Part shown: positions 13,100 to 25,464 of the stretch, in pieces
Position numbering within the stretch: position 1 is the first letter of the stretch
Layout: each line of letters opens with the position of its first letter
Assembly: GCA_964016885.1 (NCBI GenBank)
Contig: OZ024764.1
Span: 3,658,001-3,722,000 of the forward strand
DNA: 64,000 nucleotides
Reading direction: 5' to 3'
From: Eledone cirrhosa
Taxonomy: Eukaryota
Program-made: the position numbers and the translations under genes
The notes under the pieces: model-generated
The model's input: the letters and a program-made list of their open reading frames with translations, nothing else
Databases searched by the model: none
What the model was told of the DNA's origin: nothing

Positions 13100-13166
13100 T
13101 ATTTTATTATACATATTTCAGAGGTACTGAGCTATCTTCAACAGTATGTCCTCATCAGATAAAATA
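13100..13166 (-). ncRNA. Minimal hammerhead motif (GAAAT-ATGT-ATA family)
   Basis: Minus strand: TATTTTAT CTGATGA GGACATACTG..CAGTACCTCT GAAAT ATGT ATA ATAAAATA; perfect 8-bp stem I. Confidence 0.75.
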
Positions 13167-13289
13167 AGATGATGCTTGACATACCTTGACTAAGTAGATG
13201 GTTAAAATTCAGTCATGGCAGTGAATAAGATAGGACAAAACTCAATATTTATATACCTTAAGATTGAGACCTGAAAAAATTACATATAA

Positions 13290-13385
13290 TTGTTTCTACT
13301 TTAGACACAAGGCCAGCAATTATCCAGTGCATTACTGGTACTTTATTTTATCGACCCCGTAAGGATGAAAGGCAAAGTCAACCTA
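13290..13385 (-). mobile_element. SINE family B, partial
   Basis: Reverse complement of CTTTGCCTTTCATCCTTACGGGGTCGATAAAATAAAGTACCAG. Confidence 0.8.
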
Positions 13386-13474
13386 TACAGAGGGTGCAGA
13401 GAAAGCTTATAGGGAGGGAGATTTGTATTGTCATGGATAAACAGCGTATAATTAGATGATGCCAAAATGGCATA

Positions 13475-13954
13475 GGTTAAGTTTAACGTCCTCGAAATTG
13501 AAACGAGGTTTTCTGACAAGTGAATGTGTTTGTTTGTTTTTTTACAATGTAATTTACGATACACTCTTTGTTTATTTACAACAGGTCTCTATAGTGATAT
13601 GGTGTTAATTAGTATTGCGTGTGTGATTATTTTCTCTTATATATATATATATATATGTGTGGGTGTGTATATGTGTGTATATATATGTGTCTGTATGTAT
13701 ATATATATGTGTGTTTGTATATATATATGTGTTTGTGTCATCATCATCGTTTATACGTTTTTGTAATATCTTGCCAAAGTTGGCACCAACTATAAACAAA
13801 TTAAGGCCGGGTCATAAGAAGGACAGAGAATGATAAGGGATTTGGGTAAAAACATCTAAACGATGATGATGACACAAACACACACATATATATATACAAA
13901 CACACATATATATATACATACAGACACACATATATATACACACATATACACACC

Positions 13955-13989
<35 letters not shown>

Positions 13990-14140
13990 GAGAAAATAAT
14001 CACACACGCAATACTAATTAACACCATATCACTATAGAGACCTGTTGTAAATAAACAAAGAGTGTATCGTAAATTTCATTGTAAAAAAACAAACAAACAC
14101 ATTCACTTGTCAGAAAACCTCGTTTCAATTTCGAGAACGT
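13475..14140. repeat. About 660-bp palindrome
   Basis: 13484-13754 mirrors 13857-14140, including the microsatellite and (CAT)n tail. Confidence 0.85.
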
Positions 14141-14293
14141 TATTCTTAAAATATATGCCAAAATATATAAATGTACTTAAAAAGGATATTATTAAACTAG
14201 ATATACGCATTTGTCTAAACTCATACAGAGTATACTGTTTAAAGTTTAAGACGATATCAGTCAATTATATACATATAATAAATACAATTACTG

Positions 14294-15150
14294 GGCATAC
14301 GTCAAGTCGGGCGGTCTCAAAAGTGAAAGTAAATTTATTTTCATTTTCGAACGTCGTGTTTACATTTTGTGTGTGTGTTCAAACGAAACATGCTGGCGAC
14401 GAAGCTTCTTCTTTGCACGGCTCCATGTGTTCTTTATGAGTTGTGTGTGCACTGTGGGTATGGTGTGGCGTGCGGTGGCCGGAGGCGGGGTGAGTGCTCG
14501 ACCGGAAGGGGTCTTTGGCCGGAAGGGCCAGGAGAGAGCCTCTCTCTAGTGGTGACCAGCACACGGTGTGGACGCGAGTTTTGGGCAGCTCCCGGTGTTA
14601 AGCAGTCGGACGCACGTGGAAGAGGAGTAACCTGCAGTGGAATTTAGCGGCGCCTGTGAAAAGCGGTAAGTGAGATAGCTTTTTCTAACTACATGCACAT
14701 CAAGGTCCGCAGGATCTACAAAGTTCCGTTCGTGCACCACAACATCATGAACGTAAATCCCACCTTCAATTTCCGAATAGGAAGCCCAACCATCGGAGAT
14801 GATGCGGCTGCCTGGTAAAATACATGCTGAATGATGGGGACGAGAGTGTCAGAGCTTCGATTTGGGACTTCTACAAGGCAGCAGCGTCTAGAATGGCGGA
14901 CTCACCATTCTGCAAGCCTCATTACAAGATTACTTCGGTATTGAGTACTCTTCTCTCAACCGTCAACTACACACACACACACACACATATACATATATAT
15001 ATAATCAGTTAAAACGACAGAGGCTCTGATTCTGTCTTTAATTTCAGTAACTAATTTAGATCTAAACACACACACAAAATGTAAACACGACGTTCGAAAA
15101 TGAAAATAAATTTACTTTCACTTTTGAGACCGCCCGTCTTGACGTATGCC
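14294..15150 (-). mobile_element. Merlin/IS1595-family DNA transposon deletion derivative
   Basis: About 87-bp TIRs starting GGCATACGTCAAG; 9-bp TSD CAATTACTG (14285-14293, 15151-15159); relic ILPGSRIISDGWASY..VVHERNFVDP..DVH|TQLIKNTW. Confidence 0.88.
14453..14693 (+). mobile_element. Gypsy solo LTR
   Basis: TG...CA, 241 bp, 5-bp TSD TGCAC (14448-14452, 14694-14698); homologous to LTR 15237-15552. Confidence 0.9.
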
Positions 15151-15619
15151 CAATTACTGTTAATAGTGTTATAAATAAAGTTTTACATCAAGTTAGGTGG
15201 AAAAAGTTAGTCGACTAGGATCGTGTACGACACATATGTGGGTATAGTGTGGCGTGCGGTGGCCGGAGGCGGGGGAATGTGCTCGACCGGAAGGGTGTGT
15301 GGCGTGCGGTGGCCGGAGGCGGGGGAGTGCTCGACCGGAAGGGTCTTTTGGCCGGAAGGATGCTCGACCGGAAGGGCCAGCAGAGGGCCTCTCTCTCTAG
15401 TGGTCACCAGCACACGGTGTGGACGCGAGTTTTGGCAGCTCCCGGTGTTAAGCAGTTGGACGCACGTGGAAGAGGAGTAACCTGCAGTGGAGTTTAGCGG
15501 CGCCTGTGAAAAGCGAGAGATCCGGTAAGTGAGATAGCTTTTTCTAACCACAAGCTATTTCGGCGACTGAAAAAAAAAAAAAAAAAAAAAAAAACACTTG
15601 CCGCAAGACAAATCAGAAG

Positions 15620-16381
15620 ATGGCGACAAGACTACGGATGAACGAAGCTATCAGGGCATTCACCGGGGAAGGTGATGTTGTCGCTTGGCTGCGGAAGGTT
15701 CGGCTGGTCGCAAGCTTGCAGAAGATAGAGGACGTGGCCGGCCTCATGGCATTGTACCTCGAGGGCGACGCGCTGGTACTCTTCCTTGAGTTGGACGAGC
15801 ACAGCCAAAGAGATGTGCAGAAGATTGAGAGGCGTCTGATGGATGCATTCGCCGAGGGACCGTTGGCGGCTTTTGCTAAGCTGGCGAGAATCAGGTGGAA
15901 TGGTGAGCGCGTTGACATTTTCGCAGTGGAAATAAGGCGGTTGGCTATGTTGGCCGGTTACCAGGCAGAATGCGAACGCACGGTGCAGTTGGCGTTCATC
16001 AATGGATTTCCGAACGACATAGCGGTGAAACTGCAGCAAGTCCCGGGTTATAAAGAGATGGAAATGCGTTCACTGGTGGAACAAGCCCGGATCATAGCGG
16101 AAGATGCCAAAAAGAGTGTTGCGGCGATAGCAACTACGGAGGCTCAGGACACCTGGCAGCGAAATGGTGAAAGGGAGGCAACCTCGGCACGCGGCCGTCC
16201 GCGTGCGTTTAGGGGGCGCTGTTTTCGGTGCCAGGCCCCGCACATGGCTAGAGACTGTAGAGAGTTGAAGCCGGAGATAATTTGCTACCGGTGTAAGCGA
16301 CCAGGCCACATCGCTACTAACTGCGACCAGGGAAACGATCCAAAGGGAACTACTGCGCCGGTAGTTGCCCCTTACGAGTAG
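15620..16381 (+). CDS. gag: Gag with two CCHC zinc knuckles
   Basis: 253 aa; CFRCQAPHMARDC and CYRCKRPGHIATNC. Confidence 0.88.
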   Translation: MATRLRMNEAIRAFTGEGDVVAWLRKVRLVASLQKIEDVAGLMALYLEGDALVLFLELDEHSQRDVQKIERRLMDAFAEGPLAAFAKLARIRWNGERVDIFAVEIRRLAMLAGYQAECERTVQLAFINGFPNDIAVKLQQVPGYKEMEMRSLVEQARIIAEDAKKSVAAIATTEAQDTWQRNGEREATSARGRPRAFRGRCFRCQAPHMARDCRELKPEIICYRCKRPGHIATNCDQGNDPKGTTAPVVAPYE

Positions 16382-16387
16382 CGGCGC
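16330..16387 (+). promoter_or_regulatory. -1 ribosomal frameshift signal (slippery heptamer plus H-type pseudoknot)
   Basis: G GGA AAC in gag frame at 16330-16336; stem 1 AAGGGAACTAC/GTAGTTGCCCCTT; loop GCGCCG pairs with CGGCGC 16382-16387; -1 frame open into pol. Confidence 0.8.
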
Positions 16388-18641
16388 TGCCCGTGGTGGA
16401 AGTCTTCGTGAGGGGGAAGCCACAGCGAGCCCTCGTGGATACGTGCTGTACGACGACACTGGTGACCGCGGGGGTGGCGCAGAGGTGGGGAGGGAAGAGC
16501 AGCGTAAGGGCAGTCGACGGCAGGAAAATTGAATGCCGAGGTCGCAGCGAGATGGAAATAGCGGTACGGGGAAGGAGGATAAGGCTTTCCGCCATTGTGG
16601 TAGACAGTGTGGTGGATGGGATCGGCGTGGTTATGGGCATGGACGCGATTGGCCGTCTAGGGGGCATCACGGTGAACAATGTCGGTGTGTCGTTTGGCGC
16701 CGCTGCATCGGTATGCGCTGTGAGTGCACGTCATGAGAACCAGAAGGCCCACGAGGAGGAATACCCCGCTTACACTGTACAGGACAAAGACTTCAAGGCC
16801 GTGTTTGATGGGCAGCGATGGGTTGTTGAGTGGTACTGGAAGGGAGAAACACCAACACTGAAGACCAAAGTGGGCTGCTATCAACACACATTGAAGGGAA
16901 ACGCTAGGAGCGAGTTCGAGCGAGAAGTAGAGAGATGGATCGAAGAGGGCATACTGCTTCCCTGGAAGGAGGAGGTGAAGTGCGGAGTATTGCCGTTGAT
17001 GGCGGTGGTGCAACCCACGAAGAGCAAGGTGAGGCCGGTGCTGGACTATCGGGAGCTGAACGAGCACGTGTCATGCCACACGGGTGGCGAGGTCACGGAT
17101 GTCTGTGGGGAAACCCTGCGTGAGTGGAGACGCATGACGGGGGGTTCAGCGATCGTGGATCTAAAGTCGGCTTACTTGCAGTTGCATATAGATGAGAAGC
17201 TCTGGTGGTATCAGCTGGTCAGGTATAAGGGCCGGACATATTGCCTGACCAGGCTCGGTTTCGGGCTGAGCTCCGCACCGAAGATCATGGCGGCGGTCCT
17301 CAAGACCGCTCTGGGGAGGGCCGACAAGATAAAGAGGGCTACTAACTCCTATATTGACGACATCCTAGTGGACGAGTCGGTGGTGTCGACGGCGGAGGTC
17401 ACGAGCCATTTGCGGAGGTATGGACTGACTGCGAAGCCATCAAAAGCATTGGAGGGAGGAGCCGCGCTGGGACTTAAGCTACGGCGAGACAAGACGGGCG
17501 TTTTGGTGTTCCAGAGGGGAAACGAAGTTCCGGAACTGGGCCCAAGTATGAATAGGCGGGAGCTTTTCTCGGTGTGTGGAAAGCTGGTGGGTCACTACCC
17601 GATCGCTGGGTGGCTCCGGACGGCATGCAGCTATGTCAAGAGACGAGCGGGAGGGGTGACTTGGAGTGACAGAGTGGGAGAGAGGACGGTGGCCATGATG
17701 CAGGAGATCGTGGGGAGGGTGAAGGCCGACGACCCAGTGCGGGGACGCTGGTACGTTCCCAAATCACAGAGCGGGACCGTATGGTGCGATGCCAGCAGCA
17801 TAGTGCTGGGTGTCACTTTGGAGATAGGAGGTGTTGAGGTCGAGGATGCAGCCTGGCTTAGAAAGAAGGACGACTGCAGCCACATCAATGTGGCCAAGCT
17901 GGACGCGGTGTTGAGAGGGGTGAACCTCGCCCTGCGGTGGGGGCTGCGCACCATCGAGATACGCACCGACTCGGCTACTGTACTCGGATGGGTAAGATCA
18001 GTGCTCACCAGTGAGAAGAGAGTGCGAACGAGAGGCGCGGCGGAGGTGCTGATAAAGCGCCGCCTGGGAATGTTAGGAGAGCTGGCCACCGAGTTCGACC
18101 TGAAGCTGAGCGTAGTGTTCGTGCCCTCAGAGAAAAATAGGGCGGACATCTTAACTAGAGTGAAGAAAACCTGGATGGAAGCGCCGGAGGAGGTAGAGGA
18201 TGAGATAGCTGCCGTGTGTCGGCTGACCGAGTTAGACCTGAAGGGGTTGCATGACATGCACCACATGGGGGTGGATAGGAGCCTGTTCCTAGCCAGGAGA
18301 ATCGACTCGGACGTTAGCAGACACAGTGTTCAGGGGGTGGTTAGAGGCTGCGTCCGATGTTAGTCCATTGATCCCGCCCCGGGTGTACACGAAACGGGAA
18401 GCCTCCCGGTGGATCGCGACTGGAAGCGATTAGCGGTGGATGTGACGCACTACCGGCAGGGAACGTACCTCTCAATGGTCGACTGTGGACCAGGTCGAAT
18501 GGTGATATGGAGGGAGATGAAGACTGGAACGGCCGAGGAAATCGTGCGGACGTTGAGAGAGGTGTTCTTGGAGCGGGGCCCTGTGGACGAACTGCTGATG
18601 GACAACAGCGCAGCGTTCCGTTCGGAGGCACTGAGGGAGTT
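16336..18641 (+). pseudogene. pol: Pol polyprotein (protease, RT, RNase H, integrase), premature TAG at 18361 and truncated
   Basis: ALVDTC, RPVLDYRELN, DLKSAYLQ, YIDD, WCDAS, HHMG..CVRC, then in-frame AVDVTHY and LLMDN. Confidence 0.9.
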
Positions 18642-18771
18642 TGTTTTATATATATATACATAAATAACATAACAAGTATGTTTTATATATATATACATAA
18701 ATAACATAACAAGTATGTTTTAAATATATACATAAATAACATAACAAATACTGAGATAACATTATAAATTG

Positions 18772-18960
18772 GGTGGTGGATTGGCAGTATCGGTAGAGGG
18801 TCGGACGCCATGCTTTGACGCATAGAGTTACGGCCCTTGCTATTCTGAGTTCAAATCCCGCCGAGGTTAACTTTGCCTTTCATCCTTACGGGGTCGATAA
18901 AATAAAGTACCAGTAATGCACTGGGTAATTGCTGGCTTTGTGCCAAAAGTGGAAACAATT
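18772..18960 (+). mobile_element. tRNA-derived SINE family B (Nin/Deu-domain-like core)
   Basis: A-box TGGCAGTATCGG, B-box GAGTTCAAATCC, core GCCTTTCATCCTTACGGGGTCGATAAAAT; domain name is from memory. Confidence 0.8.
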
Positions 18961-19095
18961 ATAAATTGCTCGCGATTCTGTCAGAAGTATATATTCTTTT
19001 AATGTTACAATATTAAGGAAAATATAAAGGAAGGGGTGGACAACGGAGCCAACACCAGAGCAAAAGACAGCAACGAAGGGTACTGGGTAACCTCT

Positions 19096-19317
19096 CTAAT
19101 GAGTTTTGAGGCAAGCCAGCACACTGGCAGTGTTGCCTCGGGTGATGGCGAGGCTGATGCGCTGAAACAGCCAAGCGCCGTCGCGAGATTCGACAGTTAC
19201 CTCTGTTAGGCGACCCGCCAGTCAAGAGAGGAACCTCACAGTCAGCGGCCCGACTCCCCAAACGTCTCGGCAGCCACAAGGCTGAAGAATGTAGCTGGCC
19301 GACAGATCAGAGTATTT
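19096..19317 (-). mobile_element. C-terminal relic of a CRE/R2-type RLE non-LTR element
   Basis: Minus strand reads KYSDLSAS..WLFQRISLAITRGNTASVL. Confidence 0.65.
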
Positions 19318-19318
19318 G

Positions 19319-19441
19319 GCAATTCTCTCTGACACACTGCCTCGCAATCTTGAACACCTCCTGTTTCTGGTCCTCACGTTGCAAAACATGCTTGAATTTT
19401 CTATCCTCTGCTTCCTTTCTAGCTAAGTATACTTGTCGCCT
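19319..19441 (-). mobile_element. RTE internal fragment
   Basis: Reverse complement of about 6252-6372. Confidence 0.75.
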
Positions 19442-19480
19442 ATATACTTTTAAAACTGTTGTTTTCTAAGGTTTGTCAAT

Positions 19481-22400
19481 GTTTATAATATTTACTGTAT
19501 TATAACACTGTCTGTCCAGCCCCACATGTATTACTGTTACCCCTGTTTATAATATTTACTGTATTATAACAGTCTGTCCAGCCCCACATGTATTACTGTT
19601 ACCCCTGTTTATAATATCTACTGTATTATAACACTGTCTGTCCAGCCCCACATGTATTACTGTTACCCCTGTTTATAATATTTACTGTATTATAACACTG
19701 TCTGTCCAGCCCCACATGTATTACTGTTACCCCTGTTTATAATATCTACTGTATTATAACACTGTCTGTCCAGCCCCACATGTATTACTGTTACCCCTGT
19801 TTATAATATCTACTGTATTATAACACTGTCTGTCCAGCCCCACATGTATTACTGTTACCCCTGTTTATATTTACTGTATTATAAGACTATCTGTCCAGCC
19901 CCACATGTATTACTGTTAGCCCTGTTTATAATATTTACTGTATTATAACACTGTCTGTCCAGCCCCACATGTATAACTGTTACCCCTGTTTATAATATTT
20001 ACTGTATTATAACACTGTCTGTCCAGCCCCACATGTATTACTGTTACCCCTGTTTATAATATTTACTGTATTATAACACTGTCTGTCTATCCCCACATGT
20101 ATTACTGTTACCCCTGTTTATAATATTTACTGTATTATAACACTGTATGTCTATCCCCACATGTATTACTGTTAGCCCTGTTTATAATATTTACTGTATT
20201 ATAAGAGTATTACTGTTACCCCTGTTTATAATATTTACTGTATTATAACACTGTCTGTCTATCCCCACATGTATAACTGTTAACCCTGTTTATAATATCT
20301 ACTGTATTATAACACTGTCTGTCCAGCCCCACATGTATTACTGTTACCCCTGTTTATAATATTTACTGTATTATAACACTGTCTGTCCAGCCCCACATGT
20401 ATTACTGTTACCCATGTTTATAATATTTACTGTATTATAACACTGTCTGTCTATCCCCACATGTATTACTGTTAGCCCTGTTTATAATATTTACTGTATT
20501 ATAACACTGTCTGTCCAGCCCCACATGTATTATTGTTACCCCTGTTTATAATATTTACTGTATTATAACACTGTCTGTCTATCCCCACATGTATTACTGT
20601 TACCCCTGTTTATAATATCTACTGTATTATAACACTGTCTGTCCAGCCCCACATGTATTACTGTTAGCCATGTTTATAATATTTACTGTATTATAACACT
20701 GTCTGTCTATCCCCACATGTATTACTGTTACCCCTGTTTATAATATTTACTGTATTATAACACTGTCTGTCTATCCCCACATGTATTACTGTTACCCCTG
20801 TTTATAATATTTACTGTATTATAACACTGTCTGTCTATCCCCACATGTATTACTGTTACCCCTGTTTATAATATTTACTGTATTATAACACTGTCTGTCT
20901 ATCCCCACATGTATAACTGTTACCCCTGTTTATAATATCTACTGTATTATAACACTGTCTGTCCAGCCCCACATGTATTACTGTTACCCCTGTTTATAAT
21001 ATGTACTGTATTATAACACTGTCTGTCCAGCCCCACATGTATTACTGTTAGCCATGTTTATAATATTTACTGTATTATAACAGTCTGTCTATCCCCACAT
21101 GTATTACTGTTACCCATGTTTATAATATTTACTGTATTATAACACTGTCTGTCCAGCCCCACATGTATTACTGTTACCCCTGTTTATAATATCTACTGTA
21201 TTATAACACTGTCTGTCCAGCCCCACATGTATTACTGTTACCCCTGTTTATAATATTTACTGTATTATAACACTGTCTGTCTATCCAGACCCACATGTAT
21301 TACTGTTACCCCTGTTTATAATATCTACTGTATTATAACACTGTCTGTCCAGCCCCACATGTATTACTGTTACCCCTGTTTATAATATTTACTGTATTAT
21401 AACACTGTCTATCCATCCCCACATGTATAACTGTTACCCCTGTTTATAATATTTACTGTATTATAACACTGTCTGTCCAGCCCCACATGTATTACTGTTA
21501 GCCATGTTTATAATATTTACTGTATTATAACACTGTCTGTCTATCCCCACATGTATTACTGTTAGCCCTGTTTATAATATTTACTGTATTATAACACTGT
21601 CTTTCCAGCCCCACATGTATTACTGTTACCCATGTTTATAATATTTACTGTATTATAACACTGTCTGTCCAGCCCCACATGTATTACTGTTACCCCTGTT
21701 TATAATATTTACTGTATTATAACACTGTCTGTCTATCCCCACATGTATTACTGTTACCCCTGTTTATAATATTTACTGTATTATAACACTGTCTGTCTAT
21801 CCCCACATGTATAACTGTTACCCCTGTTTATAATATCTACTGTGTTATAACACAGTCTGTCCAGCCCCACATGTATTACTGTTACCCCTGTTTATAATAT
21901 TTACTGTATTATAACACTGTCTGTCCAGCCCCACATGTATTACTGTTAGCCATGTTTATAATATTTACTGTATTATAACACTGTCTGTCTATCCCCACAT
22001 GTATTACTGTTACCCATGTTTATAATATTTACTGTATTATAACACTGTCTGTCCAGCCCCACATGTATTACTGTTACCCCTGTTTATAATATCTACTGTA
22101 TTATAACACTGTCTGTCCAGCCCCACATGTATTACTGTTACCCCTGTTTATAATATTTACTGTATTATAACACTGTCTGTCCATCCCCACATGTATTACT
22201 GTTACCCCTGTTTATAATATTTACTGTATTATAACACTGTCTGTCCAGCCCCACATGTATTACTGTTACCCCTGTTTATAATATTTACTGTATTATAACA
22301 CTGTCTGTCCAGCCCCACATGTATTACTGTTACCCCTGTTTATAATATTTACTGTATTATAACACTGTCTGTCTATCCCCACATGTATTACTGTTACCCC

Positions 22401-24866
22401 TGTTTATAATATTTACTGTATTATAACACTGTCTGTCTATCCCCACATGTATAACTGTTACCCCTGTTTATAATATTTACTGTATTATAACACTGTCTGT
22501 CTATCCCCACATGTATTACTGTTACCCATGTTTATAATATTTACTGTATTATAACACTGTCTGTCCAGCCCCACATGTATTACTGTTACCCCTGTTTATA
22601 ATATCTACTGTATTATAACACTGTCTGTCCAGCCCCACATGTATTACTGTTACCCCTGTTTATAATATTTACTGTATTATAACACTGTCTGTCTATCCAG
22701 ACCCACATGTATTACTGTTACCCCTGTTTATAATATTTACTGTATTATAACACTGTCTGTCCAGCCCCACATGTATTACTGTTAGCCATGTTTATAATAT
22801 CTACTGTATTATAACACTGTCTGTCCAGCCCCACATGTATTACTGTTACCCCTGTTTATAATATTTACTGTATTATAACACTGTCTGTCTATCCCCACAT
22901 GTATAACTGTTACCCCTGTTTATAATATTTACTGTATTATAACACTGTCTGTCTATCCCCACATGTATTACTGTTACCCATGTTTATAATATTTACTGTA
23001 TTATAACACTGTCTGTCCAGCCCCACATGTATTACTGTTACCCCTGTTTATAATATCTACTGTATTATAACACTGTCTGTCCAGCCCCACATGTATTACT
23101 GTTACCCCTGTTTATAATATTTACTGTATTATAACAGTCTGTCTGTCCCCACATGTATTACTGTTACCCCTGTTTATAATATTTACTGTATTATAACACT
23201 GTCTGTCCAGCCCCACGTGTATTACTGTTAGCCCTGTTTATAATATTTACTGTATTATAACACTGTCTATCCCCACATGTATTACTGTTACCCCTGTTTA
23301 TAATATTTACTGTATTATAACACTGTCTATCCCCACATGTATTACTGTTACCCCTGTTTATAATATTTACTGTATTATAACACTGTCTATCCCCACATGT
23401 ATTACTGTTACCCCTGTTTATAATATTTACTGTATAATAACACTGTCTGTCCAGCCCCACATGTATTACTGTTACCCCTGTTTATAATATTTACTGTATT
23501 ATAACACTGTCTGTCCAGCCCCACATGTATTACTGTTAGCCATGTTTATAATATCTACTGTATTATAACACTGTCTGTCCAGCCCCACATGTATTACTGT
23601 TACCCCTGTTTATAATATTTACTGTATTATAACACTGTCTGTCTATCCCCACATGTATAACTGTTACCCCTGTTTATAATATTTACTGTATTATAACACT
23701 GTCTGTCTATCCCCACATGTATTACTGTTACCCATGTTTATAATATTTACTGTATTATAACACTGTCTGTCCAGCCCCACATGTATTACTGTTACCCCTG
23801 TTTATAATATCTACTGTATTATAACACTGTCTGTCCAGCCCCACATGTATTACTGTTACCCCTGTTTATAATATTTACTGTATTATAACAGTCTGTCTGT
23901 CCCCACATGTATTACTGTTACTCCTGTTTATAATATTTACTGTATTATAACACTGTCTGTCCAGCCCCACGTGTATTACTGTTAGCCCTGTTTATAATAT
24001 TTACTGTATTATAACACTGTCTATCCCCACATGTATTACTGTTACCCCTGTTTATAATATTTACTGTATTATAACACTGTCTATCCCCACATGTATTACT
24101 GTTACCCCTGTTTATAATATTTACTGTATTATAACACTGTCTGTCCAGCCCCACATGTATTACTGTTACCCCTGTTTATAATATTTACTGTATTATAACA
24201 CTGTCTATCCCCACATGTATTACTGTTACCCCTGTTTATAATATTTACTGTATAATAACACTGTCTGTCCAGCCCCACATGTATTACTGTTACCCCTGTT
24301 TATAATATTTACTGTATTATAACACTGTCTGTCCAGCCCCACATGTATTACTGTTACCCATGTTTATAATATTTACTGTATTATAACACTGTCTGTCTAT
24401 CCAGACCCACATGTATTACTGTTACCCCTTTTTATAATATTTACTGTATTATAACACTGTCTGTCCAGCCCCACATGTATTACTGTTACCCATGTTTATA
24501 ATATTTACTGTATTATAACAGTCTGTCTGTCCCCACATGTATTACTGTTACCCCTGTTTATAATATTTACTGTATTATAACACTGTCTGTCCAGCCCCAC
24601 GTGTATTACTGTTAGCCCTGTTTATAATATTTACTCTATTATAACACTGTCTGTCCAGCCCCACATGTATTACTGTTACCCCTGTTTATAATATTTACTG
24701 TATTATAACACTGTCTATCCCCACATGTATTACTGTTAGCCCTGTTTATAATATTTACTGTATTATAACACTGTCTGTCCAGCCCCACATGTATTACTGT
24801 TACCCCTGTTTATAATATTTACTGTATTATAACACTGTCTGTCTATCCCCACATGTATTACTGTTA
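19481..24866 (+). repeat. 64-bp minisatellite, about 84 copies
   Basis: Unit TTTATAATATTTACTGTATTATAACACTGTCTGTCCAGCCCCACATGTATTACTGTTACCCCTG with few variants. Confidence 0.97.
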
Positions 24867-24915
24867 TTCATCTGCTCTGTTTTTCTCTCCTCCCCAGGCA
24901 TCAATAACCTGAATT

Positions 24916-25464
24916 ATGACGCAGTCAGATTGTGAATCTGATAGTGAATCTGGGAGAATCGTGACACACTCGGCAATCACGGATGTTACCAGGAATTTGG
25001 CAAATAATAATATCGCTCAAGGAGTAGGTGGACTTCTGTCCGGAAGTCTCACTGGAGGTCTCACTGGAGGTCTCACTGGAGGCTTGGCTAGTGGTCTTCT
25101 TAATGGACCATTAATCCCACTTCTATTTGCAGGACATCTTTACTCAGAATACAACAGAGGCAATCGTTATGAAAGGCAGGAGCGTAAGGAATATAACGCG
25201 CGGCGTGAACGTCAACACCAAGAGGAACGGCGGTATCATCTCGAATTTCAGGAACGGCGTGAGATTCGTGAACGTCGGGAAGGTGGGCAGACTCAGGAAC
25301 TTATGGAACTCCGTCAACGTGTTAAAGATCTTACTGATAGTATCAATGGTAACAAAGGGCAGAAAAATAACCAACAAATGTTATGGCTGCCTATAATAAT
25401 ACTGATTTCCATGGCTGTGGTAGCTATAGTGGTAGTGATGGTTGTATATAAGTTGTTGTTTTAA
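24916..25464 (+). CDS. Hypothetical 182-aa tail-anchored membrane protein (Gly zipper, R/E-rich helix, C-terminal TM)
   Basis: Non-repetitive ORF; pyrimidine tract plus CAG acceptor ending 24897; in-frame TGA at 24910 before ATG; hydrophobic C-terminus; AATAAA at 25566. Confidence 0.65.
   Translation: MTQSDCESDSESGRIVTHSAITDVTRNLANNNIAQGVGGLLSGSLTGGLTGGLTGGLASGLLNGPLIPLLFAGHLYSEYNRGNRYERQERKEYNARRERQHQEERRYHLEFQERREIRERREGGQTQELMELRQRVKDLTDSINGNKGQKNNQQMLWLPIIILISMAVVAIVVVMVVYKLLF

Larger units (their letters stand above)
15237..18641 (+). mobile_element. Ty3/Gypsy-type LTR retrotransposon, 3'-truncated (5' LTR 15237-15552)
   Basis: TGTGG..CCACA LTR, then gag and PR-RT-RH-IN order; ends within integrase at an AT-rich repeat. 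Confidence 0.9.

Noticed and set aside
15553-15570. Primer-binding site of the Gypsy element
   Set aside because: AGCTATTTCGGCGACTG lacks a TGG start; no tRNA can be assigned
18361-18363. Programmed stop readthrough between RNase H region and integrase core
   Set aside because: Falls right after the integrase zinc-finger cysteines; a CAG-to-TAG mutation in a truncated copy is simpler
19481-24866. CRISPR-like regular repeat array
   Set aside because: Contiguous units with no unique spacers, no cas genes, eukaryotic context; same for the 72-, 47- and 48-bp arrays
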